From the IMG/VR virus record IMGVR_UViG_3300044675_005263, positions 41,347-105,346 of that record: a stretch of DNA of 64,000 nucleotides; one strand, given 5' to 3'. Shown here in pieces: positions 1-10,085 of this stretch; the stretch's first letter is position 1; every line of letters begins with the position of its first letter. The DNA comes from a virus. Under the pieces are notes generated by a model. It worked only from the letters and a program-made list of their open reading frames with translations. It had not been told where the DNA came from and searched no databases. The translations under genes were made by a program, and so were the position numbers.

Positions 1-187
1 GCCATAAGCGTGAGGGCTTGCCGTAATCTTTTTACCCCGCTAAATAAACTCGGTCAAGTCCCTATCACTTATCTCGCTTACATCTACGCCTTCGGCTTCA
101 GCGATAGCGTCCCAGAGATCAGCTTCGGTAAAGTCCCCCTCGGGCTTCCACTCCATAAGTATAGATAGATAATCTTTCCCCACTTTT

Positions 188-571
188 TTACCCCTCTCCC
201 TCTTCATCTTTTATAAGGGTGAACGAAAACCCAGCGCAATACTCGTCGTGGCTTGCTCGTGTTGCCGTAAGAACGGTGCCTTCTTGCTTGAACCGTAGAG
301 TAAAGTCCCCGTTTATCTTTAGTGTGTCTAACACTTTATCGAAAGACACTACGGCTTCCCCTCTAACTTTGTCCCAATTCATATTGCTTCCCGTAATTCT
401 TACGGTATTCCAATCCACGCCAACCGTCTTACGCCAAGTGTTCATCATATCTTTGAACAACCATACCGAGTCCTGCCAGCAATCAAAACAATCGGCGCTA
501 GGCGTGCCGTCCTCGTTGGTGCAAGTGCAATCGCTTTTCATCTCAAGCGTAATCTTTTCCATTGTGTCCAT
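188..571 (-). CDS. hypothetical early protein (Cys cluster)
   Basis: ORF; start moved to MDTMEK because the conserved promoter at 612-617 lies in the longer track ORF; RBS AGGGAAAGG. Confidence 0.7.
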   Translation of the reverse strand: MDTMEKITLEMKSDCTCTNEDGTPSADCFDCWQDSVWLFKDMMNTWRKTVGVDWNTVRITGSNMNWDKVRGEAVVSFDKVLDTLKINGDFTLRFKQEGTVLTATRASHDEYCAGFSFTLIKDEEGEG

Positions 572-706
572 TATCTTGCCTTTCCCTAGTTTGTTTGAAC
601 AAGATAATCCTATCATACCTTTCTGCAAATAGGGCTCTTCAACTCCATATTGTTTTTTCCGGGTCCTCTAGCTTCTCGGCCTGGATCCTTTTTTACCCCT
701 CGCCAC

Positions 707-742
707 AAAAAAGAAAAACCCCCGCCGTAGCGAGGGCTTCTC
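707..742 (-). terminator. intrinsic terminator (similar copies at ~1143-1178 and ~5697-5730)
   Basis: GC hairpin AGCCCTCGC..GCGGGGGTT followed by a U-tract on the minus strand. Confidence 0.65.
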
Positions 743-751
743 TTACTTCCG

Positions 752-1033
752 TTACGCCTTGCCACCTCGTTTGCGATAGCGACCCAACGCTTCATCTAGT
801 GTTGAGCAGTAATCACCGTTTTGAGCAACGAACCCGTTTTCAGTAGCAAGGACATTCCATACTACGAACGGCATACCTTCGATAGCAAAATTGACGAATA
901 CCGCTACCCAAGAGGCATACAATCCCTGTGTCCGTTCGCCTGTCTTTGTAACCGCTATGGCAATACGCTCGTTGATAAACTCGCCAGCCTTGAACTCAAT
1001 CAAGTCTTTAGGCACTTCATTTTGTGTAAGCAT
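752..1033 (-). CDS. hypothetical early protein
   Basis: ORF; start MLTQNE with AAGGGAG RBS, downstream of promoter 1076. Confidence 0.7.
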   Translation of the reverse strand: MLTQNEVPKDLIEFKAGEFINERIAIAVTKTGERTQGLYASWVAVFVNFAIEGMPFVVWNVLATENGFVAQNGDYCSTLDEALGRYRKRGGKA

Positions 1034-1200
1034 TTCTCCCTTTCTTACTAGCCGTCTTGCTAGTGGAGCAAGCCTATCATACCTCTCTGCACTTTCATAA
1101 TCGAACCGCTTCCTGGATCCTTTTTTACCCCTGCCCCTTGCCAAAAGAAAAAACCCCCACCTTTCGGTGAGGGCTTTTGCCTTGCTAAGTAATAGGGAGA

Positions 1201-1596
1201 TTACTTTGCGGTTAGGACAGGATACTCCGTAGTCTTTGCTACCAAGTCAAAAATCTCTCGGTAGTCATTGAACAAAATATCTCCGTCAAAATCGGTGCGT
1301 TCCCTTAGGTCAATCTTGACTCGTTCCTCGCCAGCGACAAGCCCAACTTCTGCTTCGCCAACCCACTTATCTTTCTTATTGACCTTTATTTTTTCCCAAC
1401 CCATAAGGGCGTAAATCTCTGCCTTGATTTTTTCCAACTCGGCAGTTTGCGCTGAAATCGTTTCAGAAATAGTTTTCTTTTTTGCGATTAGAGCGAGGAC
1501 ATTAGTTTCATCTAAAACTACTGCCTTCTTTGTTGTTGTTGTTGTTGCTACTGACTTTACTTCTACTACTTCGTATGATACTTCGGTGTTAGCCAT
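1201..1596 (-). CDS. hypothetical protein (coiled coil)
   Basis: ORF; start MANTEV with AAAGGA RBS. Confidence 0.75.
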   Translation of the reverse strand: MANTEVSYEVVEVKSVATTTTTKKAVVLDETNVLALIAKKKTISETISAQTAELEKIKAEIYALMGWEKIKVNKKDKWVGEAEVGLVAGEERVKIDLRERTDFDGDILFNDYREIFDLVAKTTEYPVLTAK

Positions 1597-1716
1597 TTGG
1601 CGTTTCCTTTTTCTCTTTGTCTTGTGTAAGTCCGAGCGATTTACCCGAACAAGTAGAACAATACACTCATCATAACCTTTATGCAAATCGTGGTGAGCGT
1701 GTCGTCAAATTATTTT

Positions 1717-1905
1717 TTATTGAGCCTCTGCGTGTTCGTAGAGTCCAGTATAGATAATTACCTGACCTTCATTATCGTAGTCATATCCCACTCTTTGAGA
1801 TAGGGCTTCTACTAGGTATGAGGTAGAGATAGCCCAGCGTGAGAACGCATAGCCAATTCCCCCACCAATAATCATCATCAGTAAAGTGAAACCATTGAAA
1901 AACAT
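1717..1905 (-). CDS. small membrane protein
   Basis: N-terminal hydrophobic helix; GAGGTAAAAATG start context. Confidence 0.7.
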   Translation of the reverse strand: MFFNGFTLLMMIIGGGIGYAFSRWAISTSYLVEALSQRVGYDYDNEGQVIIYTGLYEHAEAQ

Positions 1906-1962
1906 TTTTACCTCTTTCCCTTCGTCATTTGGTATTGCTAGGCAAGCCTATCATACCTTCCT

Positions 1963-2127
1963 TCAATTTTCGACAATCTCCACCTCAAACTCGGTAGAGC
2001 GTGCAAGGTCGTGTCCATACTCGTTTTGTAGCCAATCAAGGGCTTTTACCTCTGCCTCTCTTTGAGTATCGGCTTCTAGCTCCGTTCCAAAATGAGATAC
2101 ATAAGTAGCCTTCCAACTCTTACTCAT
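1963..2127 (-). CDS. small acidic protein, EAxxxxEA family (not in ORF track)
   Basis: hand translation MSKSWKATYVSHFGTELEADTQREAEVKAL...; GAGG RBS. Confidence 0.65.
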   Translation of the reverse strand: MSKSWKATYVSHFGTELEADTQREAEVKALDWLQNEYGHDLARSTEFEVEIVEN

Positions 2128-2365
2128 TTACAACCTCATTTACTAAATCAACAAAAAGTTCGGCGGCATCACTCTGAAAACTCCACTCGCCGTCATCATA
2201 CTTAGCAACAACTTCTCCCCATTGAGTATCCGTTAGTTCTTTCAGTTCGTCAGTTTCGTGGTCGTAGGCATAGTCCTCTACCGTTTCCTTATCCCAATAG
2301 GCGACTATCAACTCTTGCTCGCCGTCATACGCTTGCAACTGCTCAACCAAGTCTTTGACCTTCAT
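2120..2365 (-). CDS. hypothetical acidic protein
   Basis: ORF with RBS; MKVKDLVEQL N-terminus common in phage proteins. Confidence 0.75.
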   Translation of the reverse strand: MKVKDLVEQLQAYDGEQELIVAYWDKETVEDYAYDHETDELKELTDTQWGEVVAKYDDGEWSFQSDAAELFVDLVNEVVNE

Positions 2366-2541
2366 GCCGTTACTCCCTTATCTTGATCCGTTTTTACCCC
2401 CAGCGTGTCTCGCCGTGTAGGTCTAGGCTCGTGTGCGGAGTTTGTTCCATCCCATCCGCACACATCACCACCCGTTAGGTCTACCCACCAGCCAGCCTTA
2501 TCTAGCCGTATGCCGTAGCCACAGAACTTGCATAGTCTCAT
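2362..2541 (-). CDS. small Cys/His protein (not in ORF track)
   Basis: MRLCKFCG...; TAATG and ATGA overlaps with neighbours. Confidence 0.55.
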   Translation of the reverse strand: MRLCKFCGYGIRLDKAGWWVDLTGGDVCGWDGTNSAHEPRPTRRDTLGVKTDQDKGVTA

Positions 2542-2738
2542 TAGTAAGAGGCTCCTAGTTTGTCGGGATTATTTACTGCGTATTCCACGCCGTTATCGTA
2601 TCCAGCATAATAAAGACTCTCTAGCCGTTCGGCTAGAACCTTTACCGCCTTATCCATATCGGACATGCTTGCCTCGAAATACATTATTTCCTCGGCTTGT
2701 TCTTTTACATCTTTACGAACTTGTTTTTTTGTTCTCAT
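2541..2738 (-). CDS. hypothetical protein
   Basis: ORF with GGAGGTG RBS. Confidence 0.7.
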   Translation of the reverse strand: MRTKKQVRKDVKEQAEEIMYFEASMSDMDKAVKVLAERLESLYYAGYDNGVEYAVNNPDKLGASY

Positions 2739-2787
2739 CTTTGTATCACCTCCGTCATTTGTTGAGCAAGTTTATCATACCTTTTGA

Positions 2788-3084
2788 TTATTCTGTATCT
2801 TTTTCTTGACGGATAACATTTACTGCGTTCATAAAAGTTTCTGCTCGAACTTGATTGAAAACAAAGTCGTTCGTCCAAAGTCTAAGAAACCTTATCCATT
2901 GTTCTTCCGTGATTTCATATCCGAGTTCAGCTTCGACATCTGACTTACACCAAACGCCCCAATGAACAAGTTCATTTGGGTCAAACTCCTGAGCAATAAA
3001 CTCAGCAACTTGATCAGCGGTGAGGAACTCAGCATCTTCTTCTAGTTCTTCATCATCTATCTCTATGTTATTTTCATCTTCCAT
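2788..3084 (-). CDS. hypothetical acidic protein
   Basis: ORF with GGGGGTG RBS. Confidence 0.7.
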   Translation of the reverse strand: MEDENNIEIDDEELEEDAEFLTADQVAEFIAQEFDPNELVHWGVWCKSDVEAELGYEITEEQWIRFLRLWTNDFVFNQVRAETFMNAVNVIRQEKDTE

Positions 3085-3106
3085 TTTTTATATCACCCCC
3101 TTTTTT

Positions 3107-3388
3107 TCATCTCAGTTTTACCCCTAGTTCGTGCCGACCCAAGTTATCTAAAGTTTCTTGGGCAATCTCGATAATCCGTTCTAGGATTTTCGGAGAAATC
3201 ATATGTTCCAACACGACAGGCTCCTCGCCTTCTGTGTGGTCATGGACAAAGAGAACAACATTTCCTGCTTCCGAATAGCCGAAGCCAATCGGATAGGTAG
3301 AGGTCATAAAATCTAAGTGCATGGTGTTATCAGACATTGGTGCTATCAGGGTTCCCTTTGGTAGAACCTGCTTTTTGACTTTTGCCAT
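3107..3388 (-). CDS. hypothetical protein
   Basis: start MAKVKK after conserved leader motif. Confidence 0.7.
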   Translation of the reverse strand: MAKVKKQVLPKGTLIAPMSDNTMHLDFMTSTYPIGFGYSEAGNVVLFVHDHTEGEEPVVLEHMISPKILERIIEIAQETLDNLGRHELGVKLR

Positions 3389-3431
3389 TTGGCTTTTTCC
3401 CTTCGTCATTTGTGGAAGTATCATAGCAGTT

Positions 3432-3923
3432 TTAGTGGTGGAAATCCACCGCAACCATAAATTGTTTTTTTGGGTCTTTCTCAATGCGCTCGTGTAGGTA
3501 TTGCAGATTTGCGGTGCCAGCCTCTAGGTCAAACATGGCACTATCGTAAGTCCAGTAGTCGGCAAGTGTTGAGCCAATGGTTCGCAAGTAATGACCGTCC
3601 ATGCCTAGATTATAGTTATTGACTATGGGTTTGTAATCGGCAATTAGATCAGAAATGTTCTCTCTACCTTCTAAGTAAGACAACGCTCTTTTCATATTGG
3701 CAACTCGGTATTCAGAGAACTCTTTTATCACTTCGTTCCACTTCTCAGGGTCGTTAGAATAAAGAATTACATCTGGCTCTCCTTCTCCAAAGAGTCCAGA
3801 GAAACGCCCACCTATCTCAGACCAATCAGACCAACTTGCCTCATCAAGTCTGCTACCAACTGCGTCAATAGCGTCTTGGTGGTTCTCAGCTTCAACAAAA
3901 ATCAACTGCACACTATGAGACAT
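3432..3923 (-). CDS. hypothetical phage protein (WxxIGGRFSG ... VDFH type)
   Basis: MSH start with GGGGTAAAAATG; DWSEIGGRFSG motif and C-terminal VAVDFHH. Confidence 0.75.
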   Translation of the reverse strand: MSHSVQLIFVEAENHQDAIDAVGSRLDEASWSDWSEIGGRFSGLFGEGEPDVILYSNDPEKWNEVIKEFSEYRVANMKRALSYLEGRENISDLIADYKPIVNNYNLGMDGHYLRTIGSTLADYWTYDSAMFDLEAGTANLQYLHERIEKDPKKQFMVAVDFHH

Positions 3924-3931
3924 TTTTACCC

Positions 3932-4132
3932 CTACACCTTTCCCCAAGAACGGGCTTCGGTGTAAGGCTCTGCAACATACTCAGCCCACTTGATTAAATC
4001 ACGGGGAAACTCACATAGGGCTTCTTGCTCTGCCAACTCTATCGCTTCGTCCTCTGTGTTGGCTTCGACTTCATAATAAATGTTGTTGTCCTCTGAGAGA
4101 TACCCTCGCACTATCCATTTCTGCTTTTCCAT
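3932..4132 (-). CDS. small acidic protein, EAxxxxEA family
   Basis: VEANTEDEAIELA motif. Confidence 0.7.
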   Translation of the reverse strand: MEKQKWIVRGYLSEDNNIYYEVEANTEDEAIELAEQEALCEFPRDLIKWAEYVAEPYTEARSWGKV

Positions 4133-4134
4133 TT

Positions 4135-4560
4135 TTACCCCTCTTGTTCGCTTTGTTCTAAGTTGGAAATGATTTCCTCAGGCGACATAAAATCTAAAAG
4201 GTCTAGGTGTGAAGTAAGTTCTACAACTTCGCACTCTCGGCACTCCTCTATTCTTTCCAGCCTTCTCAGCAGGGCTTCATCTCTTAGTGTTAGTTCCAAA
4301 CCTTCCTCTATCTTGGAAAAAATAACTCTCATCTGTAAATGAAATCTTTTCATATAGTCCAAAGAATTTTGGTATAACTCATTTGAAACTATGTCGTTTT
4401 CTTTGAGAATTTTCTCGTTGATTTTGCAGGTAGGTATCCACACAGTTTCATTATCTATGATTAGTTGATAGCCATCATCAGAAGTTTTCTTTGAGATAGG
4501 TTCGTAACTGTGTCTGACTCTGCTAACTGCCATGCTGTGAATACGAGTTCTCTTTTTCAT
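4135..4560 (-). CDS. hypothetical protein
   Basis: start MKKRT after leader motif. Confidence 0.65.
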   Translation of the reverse strand: MKKRTRIHSMAVSRVRHSYEPISKKTSDDGYQLIIDNETVWIPTCKINEKILKENDIVSNELYQNSLDYMKRFHLQMRVIFSKIEEGLELTLRDEALLRRLERIEECRECEVVELTSHLDLLDFMSPEEIISNLEQSEQEG

Positions 4561-4608
4561 TTTCTCCCTTTCGTCGTTTGATAAAGCCGAGCCTATCATA
4601 CCTTTCTG

Positions 4609-5064
4609 CTAATCCAAAACTAGAATTGCGTCTTTCTGCAAAATAGGTTTTCCCTCGTTCTCAATGTCGCAAACATTTACTATGTGTTCAGCGACAACCA
4701 CCTTCGCACTTTCTACTGCTTCGTCAATGGTGTGGGTAACTTGATCTAAATGGTTGCCATTTTGGTAGAGGTCAAACCAGTTGTTATGCACCCAGTAGTA
4801 ATCCTCATCGTCGTGGGTTGCTTCAAGCTTCTCGTCCGAGTCTAAGTCCGAGCGTATGAAATCATTTGGTGAGCAGAGGTCATAGTAGTAATCCTCACCC
4901 GCTTTGTATTTTAGGTGGGTATCCCCGTCAGCATAAACATCTACTTGGTATCCGTCTATCTCTATGCTTGCAACCCAACCACGGTCAAAGAACACGCTCT
5001 CTGTCCGTTTAGGGTGAGGTGTTTCGTTATAGACAATCTTGTATTCATACAGACCCGACTCCAC
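4609..5064 (-). CDS. hypothetical protein (WxxNNWF motif)
   Basis: GTG start just after the upstream stop; the longer track ORF overlaps the next gene. Confidence 0.65.
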   Translation of the reverse strand: MESGLYEYKIVYNETPHPKRTESVFFDRGWVASIEIDGYQVDVYADGDTHLKYKAGEDYYYDLCSPNDFIRSDLDSDEKLEATHDDEDYYWVHNNWFDLYQNGNHLDQVTHTIDEAVESAKVVVAEHIVNVCDIENEGKPILQKDAILVLD

Positions 5065-5068
5065 GGTT

Positions 5069-5305
5069 TTACCCCTCGCCGTTTGCTTGCCGTAAGAACT
5101 CGCCAATCTTGTCCGATAGGTCATAGTCAAGATCAACTTCGGCAGGGTCGTCAAAGTTAGTAGTTCTCCAAACCCCCTCACCAGTTTCAAGGTTGGTGTA
5201 TTCATAGACCACGCCGTCTTGGAAGTGTGCGTTTAGTGTTTCGTCCTCGGCACTCCACTTCTTTGTTTCCGTGTTGTATGAAAGTAGAAAATGTATCTCT
5301 CTCAT
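5069..5305 (-). CDS. hypothetical acidic protein
   Basis: ORF; GGGGTAAAAAAATG context. Confidence 0.7.
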   Translation of the reverse strand: MREIHFLLSYNTETKKWSAEDETLNAHFQDGVVYEYTNLETGEGVWRTTNFDDPAEVDLDYDLSDKIGEFLRQANGEG

Positions 5306-5308
5306 TTT

Positions 5309-5503
5309 TTACCCCCGCTCAATCGAATAAACGAGTTTAGTTAAATCTATGCTATCTCTCTCGTCAGGGTGTATTAACTCTGCCCACTCATCTCGGCAAT
5401 CAAGGCAGACCCAATCAATCCAATCCGAGCCTGTATCTATTACTAGGCAGTTCTCGGTATCGCACTCACGGCAAGTCAAGCCGTGAAAAACTCTTACCTG
5501 CAT
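5309..5503 (-). CDS. small zinc-ribbon protein
   Basis: two CxxC pairs; RBS AAAGGG. Confidence 0.65.
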   Translation of the reverse strand: MQVRVFHGLTCRECDTENCLVIDTGSDWIDWVCLDCRDEWAELIHPDERDSIDLTKLVYSIERG

Positions 5504-5794
5504 TTTTTCCCTTTCTCTCTTTGTAGCCCAACCCTATCATACCTATCCAAATAATCATAGTAGGAACTCTGAATTATTTTTTCCTAAATGCACTCCTGCA
5601 CCTCACGCTCAAAAAATTAAAAAAGGTGGCGGTCTGCCCGGAAGTAATAATTCACACTTGCCGTAAAGCTTCACGATCAAAATTTACCCCCACAAAGTGA
5701 AAAGCCCCACCGAGTAGGTGAGGCTTCTCTAGTTTCTAATCGGGGCGACACATGCTGGGAAAAATACATACCCAATTAGAAATCCTATTCTAGG

Positions 5795-7573
5795 TCAAGC
5801 GACCTGCCTTTGCCCTGCGGTTGAGAGGACTCGCTCTGCGGTTCGCCCAATAGCCAACGCCGACTCTGTGGGGCTGGTAATCCCTGCCACCACCTGAGCA
5901 TTTACGCCCTTGCAGAGATACTCTGCCTGTGCGCCTGAGTCGCCAATCGGAAGCCATAGAACTGCTACGCCATTTCGGGTGCAAGCCTTTAGCCAACGCT
6001 GAGCCAATTCGCTTTCCTCAGGTGTGTAATGTCCGTCCGACACAACCACGAGTAAGCGAGCGCCAGTTCCATTGAGAAGGTTGAGTGAGCCGTCCAATGA
6101 ACGAAATGCTCGGTCGAACTTTTCAGTTCCGTCAGGTGCAGAATAAACTGAAACTTCTTTTAGTCGCTGACCTGCTTTGAGTGTTGGGAAAACATCTGAG
6201 CCGTAATAAACCATAGCGCATTGACCCTGAACTCTACGAACTGCCTCAGACATAATCCATGCAGTAGAAGCCATTGGTTGCATAGCACTAGACATTGACC
6301 CTGAAATATCAACCATTACTCCAACTGTGAGTGTTGGTTCGTCTGTGTGCTTGCGAACTGTTTTGCGAAAAGCCTCTGCTTGCTTATGAACTCCACGAGA
6401 AGCAAGTGCCTTGCTCTGAATAATTGCACGAGTGCGTAATCTCCCCGGAGGTGTAATGCTATTTACTTCTGTAATGTCCTTCTCACGATACTTTGCCTTT
6501 TCCAATGCACGAGCAATCTTTACTGTCGCACTTCTTTCAGAAGCAATAGGCGCTCTTTTCTCAATCAACTTAGAGGCAGTTCGGAATTCTCCGGGACCTG
6601 AACTCTTTGAGAATACTTGACGAGAGATTTCCTCATTTTTCTTTTGCTCTTTAGAACTCATTGACTTCTTTTCAGCAGACTCTTTCATAGCCTCTGAACT
6701 CTGTTGCTCTGATAAATCATCTGCAACATTTTCAGAAACTTCTGAGTCCATGTCTGCCATGAGTTCGCTCATCATCTTTGCGAAGGCTTCCATTTCCTCA
6801 GGAGTAGGTTCTCCCTTTTCTTTCTTTGCTTCTCTTACCAACTCAGCCCACTCAACTGCTAATGGGTAGCAAGGAGAAATATCATGGTGGCGAGTGTGGC
6901 TTTGGAACTTCTCAATAATCGCAACCAACTTCGCAACTAGGTCAGCACCTAGAAAATCATTTACTTGCTTGATTAAATCTGTCGCTTCTGTTTCTAGTAA
7001 TGACCCTGCAACGATACGAGCATGAGCCAATCCCACCAACTGGCAAGCAGACCCAACGCTAGAATTCTCTGCAAAAGTTTCTTTCGCTTCGTCAATAATT
7101 AAACCCATAGCACTTGCTCGTAGAAAGTTCTTTGCTCTAGGCATAGCAATAATTCCCTGTGCCTCAATGCGACCTTCCTCTAATAACATCAAAGCCTGAA
7201 ACTCATCTTGCTTTAGGTCTTTAATTCCCTGAGCCATATCCCAAGTAGAAAACTTTGCGTGGAAGGCTTCGTGCATAATCGCACCAATCGCTTTTGGAAA
7301 CTCGAATTGGTTGCGTGGCTTTGTAAGGTCGTCAATCAGATTAGGTGTAATACCTTCTCCAAAAGCCTCAATCGTATTTACCTGCACCTCAGCAAGTGAA
7401 GGGATAAAGCAAGCAGGTGCGCCTTCACCTTTGTCTGTGCCAATGCAAGCAACAATGTCGCTTCGCTCAGACCACTCATTAACGAGCAATCCAATTTCGT
7501 ATCCAACTGGTAGCCACTCAGTAGGTGTCTTGACCCCTGAGCCTTTTGTTTCTAGTGGCTTAATGTGTGCCAT
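5795..7573 (-). CDS. vWA-domain protein with N-terminal HEXXH metallopeptidase-like domain (CobT/NorD-like)
   Basis: HEAFH...EEGRIE; MIDAS DISGS, later VVVSDG; adjacent to MoxR AAA. Confidence 0.85.
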   Translation of the reverse strand: MAHIKPLETKGSGVKTPTEWLPVGYEIGLLVNEWSERSDIVACIGTDKGEGAPACFIPSLAEVQVNTIEAFGEGITPNLIDDLTKPRNQFEFPKAIGAIMHEAFHAKFSTWDMAQGIKDLKQDEFQALMLLEEGRIEAQGIIAMPRAKNFLRASAMGLIIDEAKETFAENSSVGSACQLVGLAHARIVAGSLLETEATDLIKQVNDFLGADLVAKLVAIIEKFQSHTRHHDISPCYPLAVEWAELVREAKKEKGEPTPEEMEAFAKMMSELMADMDSEVSENVADDLSEQQSSEAMKESAEKKSMSSKEQKKNEEISRQVFSKSSGPGEFRTASKLIEKRAPIASERSATVKIARALEKAKYREKDITEVNSITPPGRLRTRAIIQSKALASRGVHKQAEAFRKTVRKHTDEPTLTVGVMVDISGSMSSAMQPMASTAWIMSEAVRRVQGQCAMVYYGSDVFPTLKAGQRLKEVSVYSAPDGTEKFDRAFRSLDGSLNLLNGTGARLLVVVSDGHYTPEESELAQRWLKACTRNGVAVLWLPIGDSGAQAEYLCKGVNAQVVAGITSPTESALAIGRTAERVLSTAGQRQVA

Positions 7574-7800
7574 GTCTTTTGTCCTTTTCCCTTTTAGTTT
7601 TGTATCGTGTGTCTAACGATAGGTCTATCATACATTTTTATTTATCTATATGCAACTTTAGGTCTATCTGTGTCTAGGTCGGAAGGTGTGAATTTTGATC
7701 GTAGGACTCAAAGCTTCCCCTCGCTTTTACCCCCTTTGGTTATGGTGAGGACTCCACCCATGAAGCCCTCACCCAACCAAGTCAGCAATCTAATAGGGAG

Positions 7801-8859
7801 TTAGATTTTCGCTGGCTTATGCTCAGCGCCATAGGCACGAGCAATAACATCAACCACCACATCTCTATCTAACTCAGGTGCGCTCGCAATCAAGTTAGCG
7901 ATAGCAAACTCTGTGCCAAATAGTTCGGCAGTAGAACGGAAAGCAAGCAACTCTCTCATCTGAGGCGACCAAGAAATCTCGGCGCTATCGCCCTGAGTTC
8001 TCTTAAACAAGTTCTGAGCAACGCTCACCATTGTCTTTGGAACTCCCAACTTCTCAGCCAGTTTCCAATCTGTGGTGAGTTCTGCCTGAATTGCAAAACG
8101 AGATAGCAACGCTTCTGAAAGTCGAACTCCCGGAGCGTTAGGGTTGGTTGCACCCACTACGAAAAAGTTAGGGTGGATTTTGATAGTTCCTCTATCAGGG
8201 TTCATTGGAATTGTGAATTCCTTTCGTCCGTCCATAGCACCATAAGCAAATGAAAGAACTTTAGGGTCAATCAAACCAATTTCGTCAATCAAAAGTGGTT
8301 CGCCATTTTCTACTGCCTTTGTAAATTCTCCGTCAATCCACTCAAAGTTTCCACTAGGTGTCTGAACGAAACTTCCCAAGAAATCTGAAACTTCTGTATC
8401 TCCACTTCCAATAATTGTGTGGAGAGTTTCATCAGCAAATGAAGCCTCAATGAGTGCAGTTTTTCCAGTTCCCGGAGCGCCATAGAGAAGGACGAACTGT
8501 GGGTCGCCAACTCCTTCTGAATTGTATTTTGAGGTGGCTTCTCTCGCTTTGCGGAGAACTGCTATGTCCTTATGAATTCCCCATTGGCGAGTGAAATACT
8601 TTTGTCCATTAGGACGAACATAAAATTCGTCAGCCTCGAAAGACTCGACATTTACTTCACTAGGACTCATAGCACCAACTCTCTCTTTGGCTTTTCTGTC
8701 TGCGCCACTTGCTCGCTCAACGAAACGACCATTAGGTAATACTTTTGCATTTAGTCGGAGTGAAGTTTCCTCATGCACATTTTGCACTATGCACTCTGAA
8801 ACGATATTCCAAAAGTCGCCCCCAATAGAAGCCAAACTCTCTTTGATAATTGTATCCAT
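7801..8859 (-). CDS. MoxR/CbbQ/CobS-like AAA+ ATPase
   Basis: Walker A GAPGTGKT, Walker B LLIDE, ATNP, EALLSRF. Confidence 0.9.
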   Translation of the reverse strand: MDTIIKESLASIGGDFWNIVSECIVQNVHEETSLRLNAKVLPNGRFVERASGADRKAKERVGAMSPSEVNVESFEADEFYVRPNGQKYFTRQWGIHKDIAVLRKAREATSKYNSEGVGDPQFVLLYGAPGTGKTALIEASFADETLHTIIGSGDTEVSDFLGSFVQTPSGNFEWIDGEFTKAVENGEPLLIDEIGLIDPKVLSFAYGAMDGRKEFTIPMNPDRGTIKIHPNFFVVGATNPNAPGVRLSEALLSRFAIQAELTTDWKLAEKLGVPKTMVSVAQNLFKRTQGDSAEISWSPQMRELLAFRSTAELFGTEFAIANLIASAPELDRDVVVDVIARAYGAEHKPAKI

Positions 8860-8871
8860 TTTTATTGCCCC

Positions 8872-9327
8872 CTAAGCAATCTCAACAGGAAAGCCCAATG
8901 CTTTTCTGCTTTGGTTGATACGATAAACAACCTTGATAGGTGTTTCTCCCTTTGATACTTCTGCCAAATCCTTCTGAGAAGTTTCGACTAGAAATGGCTC
9001 ATTAACAATAGTCCAACCACCTTTAATAAAACCCTCGAAAATAGAAGTCAGATTTTCTATGCGCTTCTCAATGTAGGTTTCTCTATCTGAGTCAGCCAAA
9101 TCCTTCACGCCAATTTCAGCGAGTTCTGTGGCTGGTCGTAGTGTTGTAGCAGACCACAACTTCTTTGGTTTATCAGCAGATAACATGCGACGATAAACCT
9201 TTGCTGGAACTGGATTTCCTTCGGGAGAAAATCCGTCAGGAGTCATAAAGAACTCTGTGCGAAATCCCTCTTTAGAGAACTCAGCATAAACTGTGAGTCC
9301 TTGCACTTGCTTTGTTTTGTCTAACAT
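8872..9327 (-). CDS. hypothetical protein
   Basis: start MLDKT after GACGAAAGGA leader. Confidence 0.7.
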   Translation of the reverse strand: MLDKTKQVQGLTVYAEFSKEGFRTEFFMTPDGFSPEGNPVPAKVYRRMLSADKPKKLWSATTLRPATELAEIGVKDLADSDRETYIEKRIENLTSIFEGFIKGGWTIVNEPFLVETSQKDLAEVSKGETPIKVVYRINQSRKALGFPVEIA

Positions 9328-9487
9328 GGGTGTCCTTTCGTCGTTTCGCACCCCCAAAGTGCGATAAGGCAACTCTAGCAGAAAACATCATAGAGGCAAA
9401 ATTAGCCTAAGCGTGTCGTAAAAATAGTTCTGCCCCAACGCTAAAACGACGAATAAAAGCGTGGGGCAGAATCTTGTTTTGATCGTA

Positions 9488-9775
9488 TTAGGAAATAGAG
9501 ATTTCCTTTACGATTTCAGGGTCAGGGGTAAAAACTGGCTTCTCCTTATGAAGCTTTAGTCCAAATTTCTTGAACTCTTTATTAAAGGCTTTATCCTTCT
9601 GTGGTCGTCCTGCTTCTACCCACTCGGAAATGACTCGAGCTGCTAGATACCTTTCCTCGTCCTTTGCTTCCATGACCATAAGGAAGTCCTCCCGGATCCA
9701 CGCACCAGTTCCAATCACCGTTATCTGATTGGCGTTACCGTAGTTCCCGTCGATATCGAAATAATGTAATCTCAT
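9488..9775 (-). CDS. hypothetical protein
   Basis: YFDIDGNYG motif; GAGGTAAAAAATG. Confidence 0.7.
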   Translation of the reverse strand: MRLHYFDIDGNYGNANQITVIGTGAWIREDFLMVMEAKDEERYLAARVISEWVEAGRPQKDKAFNKEFKKFGLKLHKEKPVFTPDPEIVKEISIS

Positions 9776-9851
9776 TTTTTACCTCTCTTGTATTCCCACT
9801 CCGTTAGGGTAGCACGCCCAGACATTTCCATCTGGGCACGCCGACCTCGAA

Positions 9852-10085
9852 TTATTTTTTCCGGGCTTTCTTCAGCATCTTGGATATTTTCTTGAGTTCG
9901 TCCTCGCCAAGTTCCACGCCGATTTCGTATGCAACATCTTTGGCGTATCCGTTATCCATGGACTCTTCCAACTCCGCTTTATAGATTGGGTCAAGCCCGT
10001 TCATGTCCTCGTCGTCAAAGATATAGGCGGTGTCCGATAGGGCGAACCAAGTATCCGTTCCAGTATGGCAAACATATAGGGTCAT
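9852..10085 (-). CDS. hypothetical protein
   Basis: ATGA overlap with upstream gene. Confidence 0.7.
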   Translation of the reverse strand: MTLYVCHTGTDTWFALSDTAYIFDDEDMNGLDPIYKAELEESMDNGYAKDVAYEIGVELGEDELKKISKMLKKARKK

